This document shows, in pieces, positions 1 through 9,625 of a DNA stretch of 54,659 bases. Location of the stretch: positions 1 to 54,659 of the forward strand of contig JBCCQQ010000045.1 of the NCBI GenBank assembly GCA_039024555.1. The letters are read 5' to 3'. Numbering within the stretch: the first letter of the stretch is position 1; every line of letters starts with the position of its first letter. The position numbers and the translations under genes were made by a program. The notes below the pieces were generated by a model. It was not told the origin of the DNA and searched no databases. It saw only the letters and a list, made by a program, of their open reading frames with translations. The DNA comes from Cyanobacteria bacterium P01_D01_bin.156. Its GTDB lineage: Bacteria; Cyanobacteriota; Cyanobacteriia; Phormidesmidales; Phormidesmidaceae.

Positions 1-256
1 GGCCTTTGAGGGTATTCAATTCGCTGCCATCTTGAGCATTCCAGAGCTTGATGGTGTTGTCGGAACTGGCAGAAGCAAGTGTTTTCCCATCGGGACTAAA
101 GGCCACACTTAGGACCAAAGAGCTATGGCCTTTGAGGGTATTCAATTCGCTGCCATCTTGAGCATTCCAGAGCTTGATGGTGTTGTCGGAACTGGCAGAA
201 GCAAGTGTTTTCCCATCGGGACTAAAGGCCACACTTAGGACCCAATCGCTATGGCC
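1..256 (-). repeat. 126-bp tandem repeat encoding 42-aa WD40 units
   Basis: 1-130 matches 127-256 with mismatches only at 117/243, 120/246 and 121/247. Confidence 0.97.
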
Positions 257-3200
257 AATGGCTTGATTTTTCTCCCTTGGCTTAGCAACAACGTTTCTCA
301 TTGCAGTGAGCGCACGGAAACGATTTTGTTGATTGTAATAGGATAGAGGTTGAGATGATAATAGCTGACCAGCAGTTGCTAAATCTTTGAAAGCTCGTTC
401 TTCATTTCCTTCTCGTAGATAAGCTTCCATAGCAAGACTTTTGGCTAAAAGTTCAGCGTTGGCTTCGCCTTTCACTGCTCTTCGCTGTTGGAATCCTGCA
501 ATGCTACCTGCGACCACAGCTGCTACAGCCACAGCTGCCATGCCGATGGCGGATCTCTGGGCAAATGTTTTCTGCCGTCGCTCCGCTTCCAATCGCTTTT
601 GTTGTTCTTCAATCTGTCGCTGCTCCGCCGTCTCCCGCTTTTTCTGTTCTTCCTCAATCCGCACCAACAACGGCTGCTGCAACGACCGAATAAACGCTGC
701 TAAATAATCATGCACCAACTGATAGCGCTCTTCCGGTGCTTCCGGCACCTCCATCACCAACCCCGACTCCGTCAAAATCTTCAGAATCAATGACAACAAA
801 TCTCGATCTAAATCAGATCGATTTGTCATCGTCTTCAAATCACTGGCCAAATCAGATTCTGTCTTTAACGGTCGTGTTCCCTTTTCATCCGTTAGCAAAT
901 ACAGCAGCATATTTGCCAAATCCTGATGTTCCTGGGGACCGCACTCATCCACAATATCCGTCAAATACTTCTGCACCAGCAGTTCCTTGGTGGGCTGCTC
1001 CGGATCGCCCCAGTTGTAATACACCTCCGGTGTTGTAATCCCCTCTGCCTGCAGCTGTGCTCCCACTATCTGTAGCTCAATGGGCCGCACCTCTCCAGCC
1101 CCAGCGGCCAAATCATCTACCACCTTATCCACCAGTTCCTGCTCCGGTGTATAGGGCGTTGGATATGTCAGGTCATTAAAGATTGCCTTTGTCTCATCTG
1201 GCTTAAAGTTGCCGACATAATACAGCCACTTCTTATCCAAAATATTGTTATCCACAATATCCAGATTGGTCAGTCGGTCACACTCCAACAGGTAGTGAAT
1301 ATAATCCTCCCGTAGCGACAGCACCACCTTTACATAGGGTGTTCGTAAACATGTTGCCAAAAAGTTATAAAACGCTCGCCGTTCCGCCGTGCGCTCAAAC
1401 TCAAAGAAAAATTCTTCAAACTGGTCAAACACCAGCACCAGCACCTGGTTCTTTTGGGTATGGTGCTTCAATCGTCTGAGTACCTTGGCGGGCAACACCT
1501 CATTTTCCGGTCTCGCACTGTCTTCTACTGTAGCCAACAGCTCTGGCGGATAGCTAAAAATATCCGACCTATAGACCGATAGCCCCGTATCTAGATCATT
1601 TAGCTGCTGCACCAGGTCGTCTACCCAGTTGCGATAGCGCCGCAGATATACCGGCACTACTCGCCGTGTGTCGATACGTTCTTGCTCTAGCGCAGGTACC
1701 AGACCCGCCTCAATGAGTGAACTTTTACCCACCCCAGACGGGCCATACACAATGGTTAGTACATATTCATCCTGGCCTAGACGCTGTACCAGTGTGCGTA
1801 CATCCTGCTTGCGACCGGAGGCGACAATCACATCTTTGCCCTGGGTTTCTGTCGGCAAAGCCGGGTTGGCAATTTGCTGTTTGGGCTGTAGCCGCCCCGC
1901 CCCGACAAATGCCCGGTAGTTAAACCGGCTTTCTATGGCATCCCGCTGCCGTCGAGTCTCAAATGCAGGTAGGTACAGTCCCTGCTGAAAATAACACTGT
2001 TGTAATTTAGCTAAAATCAGGCTGTATAGCTGGGGGTCATAGTCTGGCTGGGTGATACTTCTTGCCTCTTTTAGGGTTGGTACAGCTGCTTCTAGGTTTT
2101 CTTGCTCAAACTGAGCTTTTCCTAGGGAGAACAAATACCAGCTGCGGTGAAAGCTATTGATCCAGCGATAAAACTCAGCCTCGGCTTGATTTTTGGGTGA
2201 TGCGCTGGCTGATTCAATCAGGGCTAATGCCTGTTGCACATGGCGTTGTGCCCCTACCCAGTCTGTCTTTGCTAACGCAACTTCAGCTAGAAACCCTTCC
2301 GCACGGGCCATCCGAAATGGATTTTGTAACTGTTGGTGTAGTCTTTTGGCCTTGGTAGCCACCAGCTCTAGAGCATCCCATTCTTCTAGACGGTGTAGAG
2401 ATTCGGCCAAGTAGTTTAGGTATCTAGCTGCTAGAGTTTGACCTTTAGAGAGAATCTTATCTGAAGCATGAACTTCCTCCCCTTGCGAAGGGGAGGTGCC
2501 GGAGGCGGAGGGGTTTGGATCACTAGCGCTAGCTGCCGAAGACCCCCTGTCGGTCCCCCTTGTCAAGGGGGACACCGGATTCGATGCAGGATTTATATCC
2601 TGTGTATAAATAGAGTCTGTTTCAGGTATTTGATCCTCCCCTTGAGAAGGGGAGGTGCCAAAGGCGGAGGGGTCTCTACCGCTTCTATCCAACTCCTCAA
2701 TCCCCTCCAATGTCTCTATGGCCGCTGAAAAATAGTCCCGTGCCTGATTAAATGCCAGGTCAAAATCTGGTCGATACCGTTCTGCATAGTTGCGCCACCA
2801 TAGCCCCATGTAAAACTGCACATGGCCCATTTTCTCCTGATGCTCAGGCTCATCATCATCTTCACCCGTCACCAATGCTTTCCAGAGATCTAAACTGTAG
2901 TCATAGTGCTCACGGGCAACAGCGCTGTTGTTGTCGGCAATGCGTCCCCTGACAAATTCTAGATTCGCCGCTTGCACAGGCGAGAGTTGAATTTTTTGTG
3001 CTGACAGTAGGGCCAGACTAGTTTCTAGCTCTCGGTATTTAGCAGAGTTGGCCGTTAACCCCAGGTCTTGAGTCGTGAGAAATCTGTTTTCCTGGGACTG
3101 GGTGACCCGCTGCCATACATCCTGAATCAGGTCATCGATAAAGTCGAGAAAAAATGCGGGCGGTGTTTCGAAGGTAATGGGGTTGGCCCAGGTATAAAAG

Positions 3201-3604
3201 TCTGGTGCTGTGCGAATCAGATGCTTTTGGCCATCGTCAGTGAGCCAGAGGAGGAGAGGGAAATCAAATTCACGAAACTCTTCTCGAATTTGATTAGTCG
3301 CTGTTAGAAGTTGTTCTGCATCTTCAACTTCACTGAGACCATACACCATTAAGGCATTGGGGTTAGCGGCTGCGCTCTTGATATAAGCATTAACCGTGGT
3401 AAACAGGGTGCTGGCAGTGGGGGCAAGGGTGATTTCATCGAAGGGGATGGGGCACTGTTGCCGTAACTCATCCACTAAGAGCTGGCGCTGATGTGTGGAA
3501 TTGCATACGGCCAAAATTAAGGCAAACTCGCCTTGGGAAAATCGCAGCAAACGACAGAGTTCGTCTAGGGCTTCTTGGTTGTGGGGTGAGGCTACCTCAG
3601 CCAT
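1..3604 (-). CDS. Large STAND NTPase (nSTAND1-like) / TM / WD40-repeat protein, 3' end beyond window (>1200 aa)
   Basis: Hand-translated from ATG at 3604 ([27 protein letters not shown]...) with no stop down to base 1. Walker [11 protein letters not shown] (~1718-1747), Walker [11 protein letters not shown] (~1412-1441), [21 protein letters not shown], hydrophobic [20 protein letters not shown], then WD40 units [30 protein letters not shown]. Absent from the ORF track, presumably because it has no stop in the window. Confidence 0.93.
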   Translation of the reverse strand, partial: MAEVASPHNQEALDELCRLLRFSQGEFALILAVCNSTHQRQLLVDELRQQCPIPFDEITLAPTASTLFTTVNAYIKSAAANPNALMVYGLSEVEDAEQLLTATNQIREEFREFDFPLLLWLTDDGQKHLIRTAPDFYTWANPITFETPPAFFLDFIDDLIQDVWQRVTQSQENRFLTTQDLGLTANSAKYRELETSLALLSAQKIQLSPVQAANLEFVRGRIADNNSAVAREHYDYSLDLWKALVTGEDDDEPEHQEKMGHVQFYMGLWWRNYAERYRPDFDLAFNQARDYFSAAIETLEGIEELDRSGRDPSAFGTSPSQGEDQIPETDSIYTQDINPASNPVSPLTRGTDRGSSAASASDPNPSASGTSPSQGEEVHASDKILSKGQTLAARYLNYLAESLHRLEEWDALELVATKAKRLHQQLQNPFRMARAEGFLAEVALAKTDWVGAQRHVQQALALIESASASPKNQAEAEFYRWINSFHRSWYLFSLGKAQFEQENLEAAVPTLKEARSITQPDYDPQLYSLILAKLQQCYFQQGLYLPAFETRRQRDAIESRFNYRAFVGAGRLQPKQQIANPALPTETQGKDVIVASGRKQDVRTLVQRLGQDEYVLTIVYGPSGVGKSSLIEAGLVPALEQERIDTRRVVPVYLRRYRNWVDDLVQQLNDLDTGLSVYRSDIFSYPPELLATVEDSARPENEVLPAKVLRRLKHHTQKNQVLVLVFDQFEEFFFEFERTAERRAFYNFLATCLRTPYVKVVLSLREDYIHYLLECDRLTNLDIVDNNILDKKWLYYVGNFKPDETKAIFNDLTYPTPYTPEQELVDKVVDDLAAGAGEVRPIELQIVGAQLQAEGITTPEVYYNWGDPEQPTKELLVQKYLTDIVDECGPQEHQDLANMLLYLLTDEKGTRPLKTESDLASDLKTMTNRSDLDRDLLSLILKILTESGLVMEVPEAPEERYQLVHDYLAAFIRSLQQPLLVRIEEEQKKRETAEQRQIEEQQKRLEAERRQKTFAQRSAIGMAAVAVAAVVAGSIAGFQQRRAVKGEANAELLAKSLAMEAYLREGNEERAFKDLATAGQLLSSQPLSYYNQQNRFRALTAMRNVVAKPREKNQAIGHSDWVLSVAFSPDGKTLASASSDNTIKLWNAQDGSELNTLKGHSSLVLSVAFSPDGKTLASASSDNTIKLWNAQDGSELNTLKG
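2475..2673. repeat. Cluster of three GC-rich palindromic (REP/SDR-like) repeats inside the CDS
   Basis: 2475-2514 and 2634-2673 are 37/40 identical (TCCTCCCCTTGmGAAGGGGAGGTGCCrrAGGCGGAGGGGT). A related element in opposite orientation lies at 2541-2573 (hairpin GTCCCCCTT-GTC-AAGGGGGAC). Confidence 0.9.
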
Positions 3605-4970
3605 TGGCTTTTAGTTCCTCCGCATCTAGTAACACTGGGTTGAGGGCAAACCAGGTTTGGCCAGCATCTCGATATTCAAACACAAATAGGCTACGCAATA
3701 GCGACTGATATCCCCCTTCACCCCGTACGGTTTTGGTGCGGTGTACTTCTCGTAATAAATCCCATTCTTCAAAGTCGATGGCTTTGGTTAAATCGCTTAA
3801 CCGTAGGCTAATGACGCGGTCCAACAGTTCTCCAGTAAAGGGCGGATCGGCTTTTTTGAGGCAGTAGTTGATCAATACGAGCAAATTGCGCACGTGGCCA
3901 CCACTGGCGATACATAGTCGGTTTAAGGTTTCGAGTGAGTCAAACAGCTCACCGACTTTTTCCAGGCGTTCCTCTGCAAACAGTTCTGGAAAGGCGCGGG
4001 CTAGCAGCATCTGCCGCAGGGCTTTAATCCCGTCTTCGCAGGGGCTACCGTCTCGGTTTTGGGTGCGTACCATGGGCAAGACCTGGGGCGCACTGCCAAA
4101 GCGATTGGTTAGGTTTTCCTGTTCGTTGGAAAAGGACAGTACCAGGGGCACGGTATACACTACATGGCACCGTAGTTTTTTTAGCTGGTCGCCCCGATCG
4201 ACAAATAGATATTCTGGCTGGCGGCGTCCTTGCCCCCTGGGTTTATTGTCCACCCGGTCCAGGTTATCGACGATCACTACTAGACCTGCTTTGCCTGCAT
4301 CCAACAGTTGTTGGTTGGCGGCGTCGATTAGCTCATTATTGATTACTTCTAAGATGGAGTTGATGCGGGGTTCTAGGTGCTGGCGCAGTAGCGATCGCAC
4401 ATCCTTACTGTCTTTAGCTTTTGTCGTGAGCTCACCGATGCCAAAGGCTAGGGAGTAGGAGCCATCTGCGGCACTCAATCCCACCTCGTCACCCACCTTG
4501 AGGCCAGCTACTTCGGGTATTTTGACCTTGAGGCCGGTGACTTCGGAGTTCAGTAGGTCGGCAGCCCCCTTGAGCAGGTTCTGAAATTTATTGGGAGCTA
4601 GGCGCAGACGGGCCGCTTCCAGGCTTTTGCTCACCTGTTTTGCAATGGCCAGCAGAATGTCGCTAATATCCACATCCCCCATATCCAAATCGTCGGTGGA
4701 TTCGAAATAGACCACATGGTAACCGGCGGCTTCCAGTTCCTGGCGCAGGCGGGATAGCTCAGTGGACTTACCACAGCCGATGTGGCCGGTAAACAGCTGG
4801 CAGGTGGGTTCCTGGTCTGAAAAAGTAATGGTACGCTTGAGTTCTCGCACCAGGTCGCTGCCCCGCACTTCCGAAAAGTCGATGTAGTATTTTCCATCGT
4901 CGGGAGACGTTAAATTAAGGGTTTTGCTTGGGTTACACGCTCGGAAAAATTGACCTAAGTTAATACCCAT
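3597..4970 (-). CDS. P-loop ATP-binding protein
   Basis: 457 aa; Walker [12 protein letters not shown], Walker B VVIVDNLD; overlaps the start of the downstream STAND gene by 8 nt. Confidence 0.9.
   Translation of the reverse strand: MGINLGQFFRACNPSKTLNLTSPDDGKYYIDFSEVRGSDLVRELKRTITFSDQEPTCQLFTGHIGCGKSTELSRLRQELEAAGYHVVYFESTDDLDMGDVDISDILLAIAKQVSKSLEAARLRLAPNKFQNLLKGAADLLNSEVTGLKVKIPEVAGLKVGDEVGLSAADGSYSLAFGIGELTTKAKDSKDVRSLLRQHLEPRINSILEVINNELIDAANQQLLDAGKAGLVVIVDNLDRVDNKPRGQGRRQPEYLFVDRGDQLKKLRCHVVYTVPLVLSFSNEQENLTNRFGSAPQVLPMVRTQNRDGSPCEDGIKALRQMLLARAFPELFAEERLEKVGELFDSLETLNRLCIASGGHVRNLLVLINYCLKKADPPFTGELLDRVISLRLSDLTKAIDFEEWDLLREVHRTKTVRGEGGYQSLLRSLFVFEYRDAGQTWFALNPVLLDAEELKANG
4391..4398. 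repeat. HIP1 octamer GCGATCGC (example of many)
   Basis: Further copies e.g. near 8709, 9132, 17296, 18267, 23820, 30122, 33990, 39650, 44448, 50427, 53805; a known cyanobacterial signature. Confidence 0.9.
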
Positions 4971-5147
4971 TTAGCGATGTCCTTTTTCATTCTCGAAGCT
5001 GACCGATGCTTCCATGCATAAGACTATGGCGCATTTTTATAGGACTACCCACCCCCTGTTGAGAAAATTAAAGCCTGAATGGTCACATATCGATGGCTGC
5101 GTTCACTAATTTGATAGAACATAGGTAATTTTGCAATTTAGAACTTT

Positions 5148-6362
5148 ATGGAAATCAAGCAGCTGGTTGCGGATTCTCTGCAATTGCCAACAAATGCAAT
5201 TGCCTACCACATTAGTCAATCCCTTGCTCAGATATATCCAGACCGCGAAATAGTTGAAGGTAGCGAGTGTGCCTTTGACCTCGAAGCCTATGCCCGAGAT
5301 GGGCAATGTGCCATTACCCTCAAAGAAGTATTTCACAACCATGTTCCGAGTTACTGGGATGGCACGCATCAGCGTACCTATCAGCAGGCCGAAAATGCCC
5401 GATTTGAAGTGAGCTGGCAGGACCACACTCTAGATATCCTGGTCATGACCTGGCGAGAAGGTTGGAATACCACTAACTATCACTGGATTCTGGCGGATAC
5501 TTTTTCCTTGGCCGATAGCTTTTTTGCGGCTGTCTGCGATTGGAATTCAGAAGTTCGTGATGAACTGCTGGTGTTTGAAGATGGATATTGGGCTAAAAAT
5601 CCCAGGCTGTTCCAGGAAATTAAATCGTCCACTTTTGAGAATCTGGTGCTTAGCGGCAACTTAAAAGACGAGATTAAGACTGATTTACAAGACTTTTTTG
5701 CTGCTAGGTCTACTTATACTGAGTATGGCGTGCCTTGGAAACGTGGGGTGTTGTTAATTGGTCCTCCCGGGAATGGAAAAACCCATACAGTCAAGGCACT
5801 GGTCAATTTGTTAGAGCATCCCTGTTTGTATGTAAAGAGTTTTAAGGCGGAACATGGTCCAGAAAGCCGCAATATTCGGAAAGTCTTTAAACGGGCACGA
5901 CAGTTAGCCCCCTGTTTGCTTATTTTAGAAGACCTAGATTCTCTGGTGGATGATGAAAATCGTTCATTCTTTTTAAATGAGTTGGATGGTTTTGCCGCCA
6001 ACGATGGTATTGTCACCATTGCCACAACAAACCACCCTGAAAAGCTGGATGTGGCTATTCTGGAACGACCCAGCCGGTTTGACCGCAAGTACTATTTCAA
6101 CTTACCAGCTATAAAGGAACGAGACACCTACATTCGTCAATGGAATCAAAAACTGCGGTCTGAAATGCGGCTGACAGATACGGCCATAGAAACCCTAGCT
6201 GAAGAGACAGAAGACTTTTCATTTGCTTATTTACGGGAGTTGTTGCTGGCCATGATGGTGCGATGGATGCATCAGCAGACAGCTGGGGCAATGTCGCTCA
6301 TTGCTACAGAACAATTGGAGCTACTTAAATCACAAATGAGAAGCATTGTAAATGTTGGATAG
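5148..6362 (+). CDS. AAA+ family ATPase
   Basis: 404 aa; GVPWKRGVLLIGPPGNGKT, Walker B LILEDLD, second region of homology ATTNHPEKLDVAILERPSRFD. Confidence 0.9.
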   Translation: MEIKQLVADSLQLPTNAIAYHISQSLAQIYPDREIVEGSECAFDLEAYARDGQCAITLKEVFHNHVPSYWDGTHQRTYQQAENARFEVSWQDHTLDILVMTWREGWNTTNYHWILADTFSLADSFFAAVCDWNSEVRDELLVFEDGYWAKNPRLFQEIKSSTFENLVLSGNLKDEIKTDLQDFFAARSTYTEYGVPWKRGVLLIGPPGNGKTHTVKALVNLLEHPCLYVKSFKAEHGPESRNIRKVFKRARQLAPCLLILEDLDSLVDDENRSFFLNELDGFAANDGIVTIATTNHPEKLDVAILERPSRFDRKYYFNLPAIKERDTYIRQWNQKLRSEMRLTDTAIETLAEETEDFSFAYLRELLLAMMVRWMHQQTAGAMSLIATEQLELLKSQMRSIVNVG

Positions 6363-6448
6363 TATATTTCAATTAAATTTGAAATATGCACAGCTTTGTT
6401 TGCTTGATTTTTGCTACATGTGAATCTCGCAAAGCTGACCTAGAAAAA

Positions 6449-6492
6449 TAAACCTGCGGTCTGCTGAAAAAAATCAGTAGACCGCAGGTTTA
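6449..6492. terminator. Long hairpin between convergent genes, probable terminator
   Basis: TAAACCTGCGGTCTGCTGA / TCAGTAGACCGCAGGTTTA, 19-bp stem with one G-T pair; no strong U tail. Confidence 0.65.
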
Positions 6493-6516
6493 GGAAATAC
6501 CTATTGAATGAGTAAA

Positions 6517-7302
6517 CTATGCGTTTTGAGATGAGCGGCGACTAAGACCTAGTGCACCGATGGCTAGCAGCCCCACCAAAGCAGTTGGCTCTGGAACATC
6601 TTCAGTCTCTGTGGTTTCAAAGGTGAGTGAATCAAAGCCAATATTGGGGTCACCAGCAATGTTTGCCCGACTACCGTTGTTGTCGTATCTTAGCTGAACT
6701 AGAGTGATATCTTCTCCAAAAACAGAAAGGGTTGCTAAGCCGGGATCACCTTCACTGGCCATTAATGCATCTCCTTTACCACCATTTTTGTAAAACCCAT
6801 TAGGGTTTGTAGCATTTGAAGATTCATAGGATAAATCAAACTCATCGACAACATCCCCGTTGCTATTGAACGCCGTCAACAGAATAGAGTGATCAGTTGC
6901 TCTACCTTTGTTGTAATCACCATAGTCCAACATACGTAGTGAGAATTCTTCAACGCTTACATCTTCAGCAAAGCTAAAGTCGAAGACATGCTTACGGCCA
7001 TTCAAATCGGCAAAGCCACCTAGTTCATTGATGCCGCCATTTTTGACTTTGCTGTTGGCGTTGGTCTGACTGCTGCTAGCACCATAGGCACTAACTCCTG
7101 ATTCAGCAAAAATTGCTTTGCCTCCTCCTGTGGAGCTTGTGATGTTCAAAAGTTCGTGGACTGTTCCTAACCCTTCAATACTAGCGCCTGAGTTTAAGGT
7201 GGTGAAATCAGCATTAATTCTTGCTGCCTGTGCTGTGGGGGACAGTAAACCGACTCCTAAAATCGCAAGGGATGCAGGGATTAATCCAAAAACAACCTTC
7301 AT
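6517..7302 (-). CDS. PEP-CTERM sorting-domain protein
   Basis: Signal peptide ending AQA; C-terminal VPEPT, hydrophobic helix and RR. Confidence 0.9.
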   Translation of the reverse strand: MKVVFGLIPASLAILGVGLLSPTAQAARINADFTTLNSGASIEGLGTVHELLNITSSTGGGKAIFAESGVSAYGASSSQTNANSKVKNGGINELGGFADLNGRKHVFDFSFAEDVSVEEFSLRMLDYGDYNKGRATDHSILLTAFNSNGDVVDEFDLSYESSNATNPNGFYKNGGKGDALMASEGDPGLATLSVFGEDITLVQLRYDNNGSRANIAGDPNIGFDSLTFETTETEDVPEPTALVGLLAIGALGLSRRSSQNA

Positions 7303-7730
7303 TCAACTTACCTCAAGAAAATACCAAGTCATACCAACAATCTGATGGTTACAGTGTGGCCTGCTGAGAGGATGGATGAAAGGAGATAAACGTCATCTTA
7401 TCGACGACTTTTTGAAGTATGGATTCCGGTTCAATAAAGAGCTAAAAAATACGTGTTTTTCATGAGCAGGGTGCTTGAGAAGTCAATGGCTTTGCATGTA
7501 ATCCACAGTTGCAGATTGTTTAATTGCGTTGTTGCCAATGACGCTTGCTCGGAGATTGCTAACAAACACGGATATATAACTTCCGAACTATGCCTACCCA
7601 TGAAATAGGATCTGAAAATTCATGTAATCCAAGAAATTCTGGCAAGCGCTTAACCTTTTATCGCTAGAATCGCATCCGCCTTATGTTGGATTCTGCTCAG
7701 GGTAATAGCTTATATTTCGAGAGACTCTGA

Positions 7731-9410
7731 TTAACCAAGGGCTGTTGGGTCTTGCCTAGCTGGATTTAGCTCATCGAGGATGCGAAATCGAATATGGTTA
7801 ATGGCTAAATCGCGTAGTGAAAAGTCCTCTGGTTTATCATCAGCGGTCATTTTGGTGAAGGAAATTCCTTTACCGATTTCCATGTGATACCAGGATAGAC
7901 CCATAAAAAATCGCTGGGGGTAGGGGCCGCGTTCAATCACATCATCCACATTGGATTCCATCGGTAGCCAACCCACACCCGGCACATAGAACTCCAACCA
8001 CACATGATTGAAATCAGGCTCCAAGGGTAAGTGACGATATTCAGGCTGAGCCGGACATTTGTAGCGCCCGATGGTACGACAGGCAATGCCGTTTAAACGG
8101 GCCAGGGCTAATAGTACGCCTACATATTCTCCACAGGAGCCTATTCCCCTGGCTAGCGCAACTTCGGGCGTATCAATAGCGGGTTGGATGCCGTAAGCAA
8201 GTCGGTCATAGACGTAGTTGCGAATGCGTAACATTTTGCGCAGCACATTGGTCTCAGTGCCAGCTCCTTCGCGGGCTGCCTGTTGAATGCTGGCTTTGTC
8301 CATATCCAGCTCGTCGTCATCGACAAGATATTGTTCTAAGTCGGTGGGTAATGTTTTCTCGTTATCAATGTCATCGGGGGTGAGACTGTATTTTAGGCTG
8401 TACATTTCGAGGGTCGCCTTCCAGCCTACTAAACCGCCTTGAAAGGGTTGAATCTGGTCAAATTGAAAGACGGCTACCTGTTGCCCATTGTGTTCTTCAA
8501 TGGTGAATGGATGGCCAATGGGTTCTACGTGGCGTATCCGCTGGCGCAGAGTATTAGCAGGTAGGGCAATACGCCATTCCACATTGTTTAGGGTGACGGC
8601 ATCTAGGGGTAAGAGTTCTTCCACATAGGACATCTCTACCAAGTACCCGTTAGACAAGGTGTAGTGTTCAGTCTGGTTGGTGTGCAGGTAGAGCGGGTGG
8701 ATAAAGGTGCGATCGCGAAAAGTTAGTTCATAGGGGGATTCTGCATTGGGGTTATCGCGAATGTAGGGTTCTTCGTCGGCATAGACGATGTAGCAAACAG
8801 ACGGTTGACCTGCGTCAGGTTGATAAAAGGCAATACCGGTGGGTGAACTAAAGGGCGTCAGGGCGCTCAGCTGAATTTTGCCTGTTACGCGATCTAAGCA
8901 GTAGACCGTTTGCTCTGTTTGGTCGCACACCCATAGGCCATCGTCATTGGCAGCTAAGGTTTCTTCCCCAACACCGGGTTGTGAAAACTTTCCAAGGGGG
9001 GCTCCGGTAGTGCGATCAAACTGATGGATATAGCCAGATTTCTGGCAGCTCACGTAGACAATGTTGTCCCAAACAGCAACACCCGAGACTTCGTAGGGTA
9101 GTTGGGTAAACCGAGTGGTTTGGAGAGTATTGCGATCGCATGAAAAAACTTCTGTATCCCTAGCAAACCAAAAGGTATCTTGCCAAAGCGATAGACCCGC
9201 TGCGTCGATCCATTCCTTATCTTCTAGCTGGTGAGGGTTGAGAACGATTGTGTTGTTGGTCTGAGGGTCAACAGAAACTAGGTACCCCCGCACCCTATCG
9301 ATGGAGAAGAGCTGTTTGCCATCAGTGGCCAGACCAGACAGAGCGTAGACGCCAATGGGTCGAATGGTAGATGGCTGCGATGTTTGGTTAGGGACCCCAC
9401 AGTCAGGCAT
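7731..9410 (-). CDS. Transglutaminase-like domain protein with N-terminal beta-repeat region
   Basis: GSCGEY (Cys), ARLNGIACR, NHVWLEFYVPGVGWLPMES motifs of the transglutaminase core. Confidence 0.85.
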   Translation of the reverse strand: MPDCGVPNQTSQPSTIRPIGVYALSGLATDGKQLFSIDRVRGYLVSVDPQTNNTIVLNPHQLEDKEWIDAAGLSLWQDTFWFARDTEVFSCDRNTLQTTRFTQLPYEVSGVAVWDNIVYVSCQKSGYIHQFDRTTGAPLGKFSQPGVGEETLAANDDGLWVCDQTEQTVYCLDRVTGKIQLSALTPFSSPTGIAFYQPDAGQPSVCYIVYADEEPYIRDNPNAESPYELTFRDRTFIHPLYLHTNQTEHYTLSNGYLVEMSYVEELLPLDAVTLNNVEWRIALPANTLRQRIRHVEPIGHPFTIEEHNGQQVAVFQFDQIQPFQGGLVGWKATLEMYSLKYSLTPDDIDNEKTLPTDLEQYLVDDDELDMDKASIQQAAREGAGTETNVLRKMLRIRNYVYDRLAYGIQPAIDTPEVALARGIGSCGEYVGVLLALARLNGIACRTIGRYKCPAQPEYRHLPLEPDFNHVWLEFYVPGVGWLPMESNVDDVIERGPYPQRFFMGLSWYHMEIGKGISFTKMTADDKPEDFSLRDLAINHIRFRILDELNPARQDPTALG

Positions 9411-9539
9411 AGGTGAGACAAGAGTTGAAGGTTATTAAGACCCATATTATAAGGAGTCGGGGGTCTGCGAAATTCTAGCCTGGTACATTGACAAGCTTTC
9501 TGCTTTGGGGGCAGTAGAAAGGATTGCGTCTAGTATATG

Positions 9540-9600
9540 GAGTTTGGAATTCGGAAGGAGCGGGCATTCCGAATTCCAAACTCTAACTTCCGAATTCCCC
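9540..9600. repeat. 17-bp perfect inverted repeat built from STRR-like heptamers
   Basis: GAGTTTGGAATTCGGAA (9540-9556) / TTCCGAATTCCAAACTC (9567-9583); heptamer run TTCCGAA TTCCAAA CTCTAAC TTCCGAA. Confidence 0.75.
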
Positions 9601-9625
9601 CTGACTTGTCTGTATGCCAAGCACG

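Noticed and set aside
1..256. WD40 variable codons as a diversity-generating retroelement target
   Set aside because: No reverse transcriptase or separate template repeat in the window; repeat homogenisation is a simpler explanation.
2475..2673. Palindromic repeats as a CRISPR array or as a frameshift breaking the gene
   Set aside because: Only two direct copies 159 bp apart, no cas genes, and the frame was checked codon by codon and stays open.
441..4897. Short ORFs listed over the first 5 kb, including the 86-aa ORF at 2468-2728
   Set aside because: Antisense or off-frame shadows of the STAND-WD40 and ATPase genes.
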